The notes beneath the pieces were generated by a model. That model worked only from the letters and a program-made list of their open reading frames with translations, searched no databases and was not told the origin of the DNA. Of a stretch of 64,000 nt of DNA, positions 57,754 to 64,000 are shown piece by piece. Every line of letters begins with the position of its first letter. The first letter of the stretch is position 1. Source of the DNA: Acidobacteriota bacterium (GTDB lineage: Bacteria; Acidobacteriota; UBA6911; RPQK01; JAJDTT01). The position numbers and the translations under genes are program-made. The stretch is taken from positions 4,320,001 through 4,384,000 of the forward strand of contig CBDCJH010000002.1 of assembly GCA_965217775.1 (NCBI GenBank). The letters run 5' to 3'.

Positions 57754-59787
57754 ATGAGATTCACATTACTCCTTCTCTTTTTCCTTCCTCCCGCGTTGGC
57801 CTCCGCGCAGACCACCGAACAAGTGGGCGCGATCCTCGAACTGCCGGTTCAATCTGCCGAAACAGTCGAGTTCCAGCTACGCCAGTACCTGATGGAACGC
57901 GTGCCTCCCCTGCCCACTCCTCGAAACGCCCGGGAATGGGAGACCGAAGCTCGGGAATTAAGGGAACGGGTACTGAAAGACGTGATCTTCCACGGTTGGC
58001 CTTCCAACTGGGTGGAAGCGGAACCCAAGTTCGAAGATCTGGGAATCATCCACTCCGGGAGGGGCTACCGGCTGCGCGGACTTCGCTACGAGATCATCCC
58101 CGGTTTCCAGACGACAGCCCTCCTCTATGAGCCGGAGAACCTGGCCGGGAAGGTCCCTGCCATCGTCAACGTGAACGGCCACACCCCCGTCGGTAACGCT
58201 ACCGGCTACAAGCAGATACGCTGCATCAATTACGCACAGCGAGGCATGCTGGCCCTGAGTCTGGAATGGTTCAACTGCGGGGAACTGTACCTCCCCGGGA
58301 ACGACCACTGGTTCGGCGGCCACATGAACTTGGCGGGTATGAGCGCCACCGGCCTTTTCTATCTGGCCATGCGTAAGGGCTTGGACTACCTGGAACGCCA
58401 CCCTCATGCCGACCGGGACCGCCTGGGGGTCACGGGCTTGTCGGGGGGAGCCTGGCAGACCGGGGTCTTGAGCGGACTGGATGAACGGGTAACCGCCGCG
58501 GCCCCGGTTTCCGGGTATTTCGCCTTCCTCTCGGCGATCGAGCGGAACGCCGATGTGGGAGACATGGAGTACAACCCGCCCGATCTGGGCATCGATTACA
58601 CCCATCTCACCGCCCTGCGGGCGCCGCGACCCACCCTGCTGATGTTCTCCGCCGAGGACAATTACTACGTGGGCCGGGCGGTCCTCACCAAGCCCTACCT
58701 TTACGACCAGATCATGCCCTTCTTCGCGTTGTTCGGGAAAGAGGAGGTCTTTGAATGGCACGAGAACACCGACCCGGGAACGCACAACTACGAGCTGGAC
58801 AATCGGCAACAGTCCTATCGCTTTTTCAGCCGCCACTTCGGATTGCCCGTGCAGGCCGAGGAGATCCCGGTGGATGCAGAGGTCAAGACCGCCCAAGAGC
58901 TGCGGCTGGGAATCCCTGAGGACAATCTCACCATCCTGGCTCTAGCGCGAAAGCTGGCCGGAGAGATCGAACAAGAGTCTCCACCCGGCGAACCGGAGCG
59001 GAAACGAGCCTGGGTCGGACGCAAGAGGCAACGGCTCCAGGAACTGGTCCGTTATCACTCTCGGAGTGTCAAACACCCCTGGGGCGTGGCCAATACCAAG
59101 AAGAAGGGTCTCGAGAGTGTTTCCTATCGTCTGGAATTCGACAACGATCTCAGCGCCTCGGCAATCTGGCTGAAAGCCATCGCCAGCCCTTCGGATGCTC
59201 CCGCGACGATCGTTCTGCATGACCGGGGTTATGCGACGGCAGCTTCACAGGTCTTCGAGCTCTTGAATCAAGGGACTCAGGTCTTGGCGCTGGATCTGAT
59301 CTTTACCGGCAATGCCGCCCCTGAAGGCCCGTTGCGGCCCGAGGGTTCACGGGCCAACGATCCTGCCCTGAATCAACTTCTGGAGGAGAGCAAGAACAAA
59401 TCGATGGCCGCCTGGATGGTCAGCCGGCCCCCTTCGGCGCTGTACGGACAACTGCTGGCGCCTCTGGGAGAGCGCCCACTCGGAATCAGGGCCGCCCAAC
59501 TGGTGGCCGCGGTTCGCTGGCTGGAAGAGACGACAGGCATCCGCCGCATCCGTCTGGAAACCAGCGGCATCCGCAGCCAAGTGGTGGCACTGGTCGCCTC
59601 GGCCCTGGAACCCGAGTTGTTCTCGCAGGTTCGGATTCGCCAGGGGATGAACAGCCTGAGTCATTTGTACGCCGTTCCCGTCACCTATCAGCAGGCTCCC
59701 GACCTCTTCTGCCGGGATCTCTTCAAGGAGTTCGACCTGGGTCAGATTGAGGTTCTGGCCCAGCCCACGGAGATTCGTCGAGAGTGA
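57754..59787 (+). CDS. Secreted alpha/beta hydrolase (acetyl xylan esterase-like, two-domain)
   Basis: PAIVNVNGH, GVTGLSGG nucleophile elbow, APRPTL, GTHNY. Confidence 0.8.
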   Translation: MRFTLLLLFFLPPALASAQTTEQVGAILELPVQSAETVEFQLRQYLMERVPPLPTPRNAREWETEARELRERVLKDVIFHGWPSNWVEAEPKFEDLGIIHSGRGYRLRGLRYEIIPGFQTTALLYEPENLAGKVPAIVNVNGHTPVGNATGYKQIRCINYAQRGMLALSLEWFNCGELYLPGNDHWFGGHMNLAGMSATGLFYLAMRKGLDYLERHPHADRDRLGVTGLSGGAWQTGVLSGLDERVTAAAPVSGYFAFLSAIERNADVGDMEYNPPDLGIDYTHLTALRAPRPTLLMFSAEDNYYVGRAVLTKPYLYDQIMPFFALFGKEEVFEWHENTDPGTHNYELDNRQQSYRFFSRHFGLPVQAEEIPVDAEVKTAQELRLGIPEDNLTILALARKLAGEIEQESPPGEPERKRAWVGRKRQRLQELVRYHSRSVKHPWGVANTKKKGLESVSYRLEFDNDLSASAIWLKAIASPSDAPATIVLHDRGYATAASQVFELLNQGTQVLALDLIFTGNAAPEGPLRPEGSRANDPALNQLLEESKNKSMAAWMVSRPPSALYGQLLAPLGERPLGIRAAQLVAAVRWLEETTGIRRIRLETSGIRSQVVALVASALEPELFSQVRIRQGMNSLSHLYAVPVTYQQAPDLFCRDLFKEFDLGQIEVLAQPTEIRRE

Positions 59788-59791
59788 AATA

Positions 59792-59844
59792 GGAGCGGGG
59801 GTTGTTAACCCCCGCCTCTTGGGGGGACAAGACTGTCCCCCCCT
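59792..59844. repeat. REPIN doublet
   Basis: GGAGCGGGGGTTGTTAACCCCCG ... GGGGGGACAAGACTGTCCCCCCT; first unit identical to 63974-63996. Confidence 0.8.
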
Positions 59845-59900
59845 AGTGAAAATTGCAGCGGAGATCAGTCGGTCCCTCTCGATTGTCACGGAGAATGCGA

Positions 59901-61679
59901 ATGCGCCACCTGATCATTGGCCTGTTCCTCTTGGCGCCCGGCGGGATCTTGGCGGAGGACCGTCCCAACGTCATCCTGATCCTGACCGACGACCAGGGCT
60001 ACGGCGACCTGGGCAGTCAGGGCAATCCCTTCATTCAAACGCCCCACCTCGACCGGCTCTACGCGGAGAGCGTTCGCCTCACGGATTTCCATGTCGATCC
60101 GGTCTGCACGCCGACCCGGGCGGCCTTGTTGACCGGGCGTTACTCCGTTCGCACCGGCGCCTGGCGGACGGGGGCCGGGCGGGCCTTCCTGCGGCGGGAC
60201 GAGGTCACCCTTGCCGATGTCTTTCGAGCGGCAGGCTATCGCACCGGCATGTTCGGGAAATGGCACCTCGGCGACAATTTTCCCTACCGGCCACATGATC
60301 GTGGCTTCCAGGAGGCAGTGTGGCACCGCCACGGCGCGATCGGAATGTCGGGGGATGCCTGGGGGAACGACTACTCCGACGATATCTACCAGCGGAATGG
60401 GGAGCGCGAACAGTTCACCGGATACTGCACCGACATCTTCTTCGACGAAGCCTTCAAATTTATTGAGGTGAACCGGGACAGGCCCTTCTTCGTGTACCTG
60501 TCGACCAACGCACCGCACAATCCTTACATCGTGCCGGATCAGTATTCCGCGCCTTATCGGAGGATGGGACTGTCTGCCCCGCTGGCCAACTTCATGGGGA
60601 TGGTCACCAACATCGACGAGAACGTGGGCCGGTTAGTGAGAAAACTGAAGGAGTGGGATCTGGAAGACAACACCATCCTGATCTTCATGACCGATAACGG
60701 CGCCCTCGGCGGCATCCGAATGGAAAAGGGAGACTCAGACGGTTTTCCGCTCAAGCCATGGAACCGCTTCGGGGCCAACATGCGCGGACGAAAGGGGTCG
60801 CCTTACGAAGGCGGCCACCGGGTCCCCTTTTTCATACGCTGGCCGCAGGGCGGGCTGGGCGGAGGTAAGGATGTCGCGGGGCTGACGTCTCACATCGACC
60901 TGATGCCGACGCTGATGGAGTTCTGCGGCGTGGAGACTCCCTCGCCGGTAGAAATCGACGGCATCAGCCTGGCGCCGCTTCTCCGCGGACAGGCCTCGGC
61001 CAGGGAACGGACGCTGTTCGTCGCGCACCTGGGCGGCAGCTACGCCAATCCAACTTTCGAATTGCTCCCCTACGACATCTCCGCCGTCTTGACGTCCCGC
61101 TGGCGCCTGGTCTTTGGCAAGGAGCTGTACGACATCACTCGCGACCCCATGCAGAGAAGGGATGTTGCCGATCAGCATCCGGAGGTTGTGAGGGTATTAA
61201 GGAAGAAACACGATCGCTGGTTTTCCGACGTCACCCGGCTGATTGCCGAACCCTGCCGGATCGTGCTGGGCGACCCGGCGGAAAACCCCGTCCACCTGAA
61301 TCTGCAGGACTGGTACATGTCGAAAGGGAATGCTCCCTGGTATCAGAGGCCTTTCGGGCCGTATGCGCACGTAAGCAGCACACCAGCACCCTATGTGAAC
61401 GGCAAATGGATGGTGGAGGTCGCACGATCCGGCCGCTTTGAGATCACGTTCCGGCAACTTCCGAAGGAAGCGGCCTTTGCGATTCAGGCCGTCGAGGCTC
61501 GGATCAAGGTCGGCCAGGTGGACAAGACCAGGGCGGTCCCCGATGGAGCCACGGCCGTGAAGTTTGCGGTGGAGCTCAGCGCCGGGCCGCAGTCCTTGCA
61601 GACGTGGTTCACCCAGGCCGGCGGCAAATCCCGCGGAGCCTTTTACGTCGAGGTCCGACGGGTGGATGAAGTGGGCTGA
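59901..61679 (+). CDS. Arylsulfatase (formylglycine-dependent S1 sulfatase)
   Basis: PNVILILTDDQG, CTPTRAALLTGR, GKWHLG, APH, TDNG, KGSPYEGGHRVP. Confidence 0.95.
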   Translation: MRHLIIGLFLLAPGGILAEDRPNVILILTDDQGYGDLGSQGNPFIQTPHLDRLYAESVRLTDFHVDPVCTPTRAALLTGRYSVRTGAWRTGAGRAFLRRDEVTLADVFRAAGYRTGMFGKWHLGDNFPYRPHDRGFQEAVWHRHGAIGMSGDAWGNDYSDDIYQRNGEREQFTGYCTDIFFDEAFKFIEVNRDRPFFVYLSTNAPHNPYIVPDQYSAPYRRMGLSAPLANFMGMVTNIDENVGRLVRKLKEWDLEDNTILIFMTDNGALGGIRMEKGDSDGFPLKPWNRFGANMRGRKGSPYEGGHRVPFFIRWPQGGLGGGKDVAGLTSHIDLMPTLMEFCGVETPSPVEIDGISLAPLLRGQASARERTLFVAHLGGSYANPTFELLPYDISAVLTSRWRLVFGKELYDITRDPMQRRDVADQHPEVVRVLRKKHDRWFSDVTRLIAEPCRIVLGDPAENPVHLNLQDWYMSKGNAPWYQRPFGPYAHVSSTPAPYVNGKWMVEVARSGRFEITFRQLPKEAAFAIQAVEARIKVGQVDKTRAVPDGATAVKFAVELSAGPQSLQTWFTQAGGKSRGAFYVEVRRVDEVG

Positions 61680-61746
61680 CGTGGCTTTCGTCGTCAGAAA
61701 TTAGAAATTGTTCCCTGAGAAGGGGACAGTCACGTTCTCGCCCCGT

Positions 61747-63747
61747 TCAGGACACCCCCGCGCCCAGCAGGAAATCGATCTCATCACTCAGCTTCCGGGT
61801 CAGGTCCACCTCTGAATCGAACCCCACATGGCGGTACTGAATCCGGCCCTCCCGGCCGATGAGTACGATCGTCGGTATCGCGGACACTCCGAAATCATCG
61901 TCGACCTTGCCATCTCTGGCGACCGGAAAATCGTATTCGTTCTTCTTCATGAACCTGCGGACCACGTCCTCATCCTCGTCCACGCTGACGGCGAGAAAAA
62001 CGACTTCAGGCCGGTCCGACCACCGATCGACCGTCGCCTGGAACTGGGGCAGTTCCTCGACACACGGTCCGCACCACGTCGCCCAGAAATCGAGGACCAC
62101 GACCTTTCCCTTGAGATCCGCCGATCTGACGCTTTCGCCTCCCAGAGTCTCCAGATTGAATTCCGGTGCCTCGCCCGAGGAAAGCCCGCGCGCCCGCAGT
62201 ATTGCCTCGTCCAGACTGAGCGCGGTTGGAGCGCCAACAGCCACGCTCCCTTCGGTCTTGGCCTGAGTCACGTGGTCCAGGACATACTGGTTCAGACCGT
62301 CAATCGAACCGTGCACCTTTGCGAACAGGGATTCCAGGGGTTCCCGCGCAGGATCGTGCAGATAGTCAATCAGGGAACTCGCGTAGTGCTTCAGTGCCTC
62401 CTGGTGCTGCCCGGTGACTTCGTACGCGGCGGCAAGTTCAAGATGGATCAGGTCCCCCGCTCGATCCCACACGCCTACCACGGGCAGAAGCACGGCGATT
62501 GCCTCCTGGTGTCTCCGATTCTTGTTGAGCACCTTGCCCAACTCGTAGGAAACCCCGGTTCGCACTTGTCCCCCCACTTCTTCCAACAGCTCACGGCTCG
62601 GCTCACTGCTGGTGAATAGAACGGTCCCGTGGACACTGTCCGGGTTCGCAAAAACGAGGGCTCGTTCAAGGAACCGGATGGCACGCTCCGTCTGCCCCTC
62701 CTTCGCGTAGCGGACTGCGACTTGCGTATATGCCATCGGATTCGGATATCCCGATTCCAGGAGTTCCTGCACAAGTTCCTCTTCCTTCCGAACCTCTCCG
62801 GACTTCCAATAGAGATCGAACAACGCTTGGTAGGCATAATTCTTGAGCCTCTTGTCATCCGGGATTTCTTCTTTCTCCAGGCACTCCCGGGCGAGGGCTT
62901 CCGTCTTCTCCGGATCCGTTTCCACATAGTGTTTCAAGAGGTAATCGTAGACGTGCACAATATTGGGACCCGTGGGGTAATCTTCGATGAAGCGATTCCA
63001 GAGCCGGACCTTCTGGTCCTGGTCCTCCAGGGATTCCGCCATCTCGTACAGGGCAAGGCCCCCATTGCGGGGGTCGGATCTGAACCGCTCATAGATTTGC
63101 TGCAAGAGACTTGCGGCGTCGGTGTCCCGCTCAGCCTTCTCGTAGGCGCGCATGAGACCCCAATAACCGCGGGCGACGTCCGGCAACTCTGAGATCATCT
63201 TCCGATAGGCGGCAATTTCGTCCTCCCGCCGGCCCATGCGTCCGAAAGTTCGCGCCAGTCCCCGATGGCCCAGTTCACTCGTGGGCTCAAGGGCAAGGAC
63301 CCTCTGGTAGTTGGTCAATGCCTCGTCGAAGGACCGGCGGTCTTCCAGCAACTCACCCAGACCCAGGTAGCCCCAGGGGGAGCCGGGATCCAACACGATC
63401 GCCTTCTCGTAATGGGCCTGCTTCGCGTCGCCCGCGGCGACTTCGCCGAGCAGGTAGTGGAAGACGACACTGTCCGGATTCTCCTGGACGCGCCATTCGT
63501 ACTCTTGGCGCAGCAGTTCCTTGTCTTCCGTGAGGCGGATGATCTCGCGGTGCGCTTCGGTGAACTCCGGGTCGTGTTCGATTGCTTGCCTGCAAAGCTC
63601 CAAAATTCGATCGGCATCATCGCCCCGATCGAGAGACCTGGCCTCCCGATAGAGCCTGCGGGCCGTTTCCGGATCGGGAGCGGTAGGACCCGTGCAGGAT
63701 GAGCCGATGACAAGAAGAGAGCAGCAGAGAATCTGGATCAGTCTCAT
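61747..63747 (-). CDS. TPR-repeat lipoprotein with C-terminal TlpA-type thioredoxin domain
   Basis: Lipobox-like GSSC; TPR helices; LKGKVVVLDFWATWCGPC, AIPT. Confidence 0.88.
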   Translation of the reverse strand: MRLIQILCCSLLVIGSSCTGPTAPDPETARRLYREARSLDRGDDADRILELCRQAIEHDPEFTEAHREIIRLTEDKELLRQEYEWRVQENPDSVVFHYLLGEVAAGDAKQAHYEKAIVLDPGSPWGYLGLGELLEDRRSFDEALTNYQRVLALEPTSELGHRGLARTFGRMGRREDEIAAYRKMISELPDVARGYWGLMRAYEKAERDTDAASLLQQIYERFRSDPRNGGLALYEMAESLEDQDQKVRLWNRFIEDYPTGPNIVHVYDYLLKHYVETDPEKTEALARECLEKEEIPDDKRLKNYAYQALFDLYWKSGEVRKEEELVQELLESGYPNPMAYTQVAVRYAKEGQTERAIRFLERALVFANPDSVHGTVLFTSSEPSRELLEEVGGQVRTGVSYELGKVLNKNRRHQEAIAVLLPVVGVWDRAGDLIHLELAAAYEVTGQHQEALKHYASSLIDYLHDPAREPLESLFAKVHGSIDGLNQYVLDHVTQAKTEGSVAVGAPTALSLDEAILRARGLSSGEAPEFNLETLGGESVRSADLKGKVVVLDFWATWCGPCVEELPQFQATVDRWSDRPEVVFLAVSVDEDEDVVRRFMKKNEYDFPVARDGKVDDDFGVSAIPTIVLIGREGRIQYRHVGFDSEVDLTRKLSDEIDFLLGAGVS

Positions 63748-63973
63748 GGCAGACCTCCGTAGGCAGCCTGTTGCGCCAGTCCGGGGCAGGTGGGAACTGG
63801 CAAATAAGACGAATATGTCCAAGATAGCACCATGGAAGTGGGGGCGTAACCGGCCGGAGGACTGGAATTTCCCCATTTAATGGGGAGTCAGAGAACGATC
63901 AGATCTTGGTTGGAACGGGAATCGGTTCCAGTGAGAGAACCCAGTGACAGGCACAAAGACAGGACAAGCGTCA

Positions 63974-63996
63974 GGAGCGGGGGTTGTTAACCCCCG
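63974..63996 (+). repeat. REP unit at the window edge
   Basis: GGAGCGGGGGTTGTTAACCCCCG. Confidence 0.75.
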
Positions 63997-64000
63997 ATTC

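Overview
High-GC bacterial chromosome segment. Gene content (two DUF1501/DUF1549-DUF1553 clusters, a giant Calx-beta autotransporter-like adhesin, ankyrin/TPR proteins, sulfatase, many toxin-antitoxin loci) suggests an Acidobacteriota- or PVC-like organism, possibly a marine invertebrate symbiont; this is inference only. The window holds about 45 CDS, tRNA-Asn(GTT), icd, a lexA-imuA-imuB-dnaE2 mutagenesis cassette and eight intact or decayed type II TA loci. It also holds a catalytically degenerate IS110-like gene with a non-coding leader, a family of GGAG-footed REP/REPIN palindromes, and a 164-bp MITE-like family that sits in YTAR sites and stop codons. Most unusual observations: (1) a CxxC-x9-CxxC insert in the phosphorylation loop of isocitrate dehydrogenase; (2) a REPIN inserted in frame at codon 3 of dnaE2; (3) a non-canonical candidate LexA operator inside a near-perfect sigma70 promoter; (4) an IS110 ORF that is intact but lacks most DEDD residues; (5) a HigBA module bracketed by a 160-bp duplication of a host gene 3' end; (6) a VapC remnant fused to an amidohydrolase. 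All family calls come from motif recognition by eye; no database searches were run.
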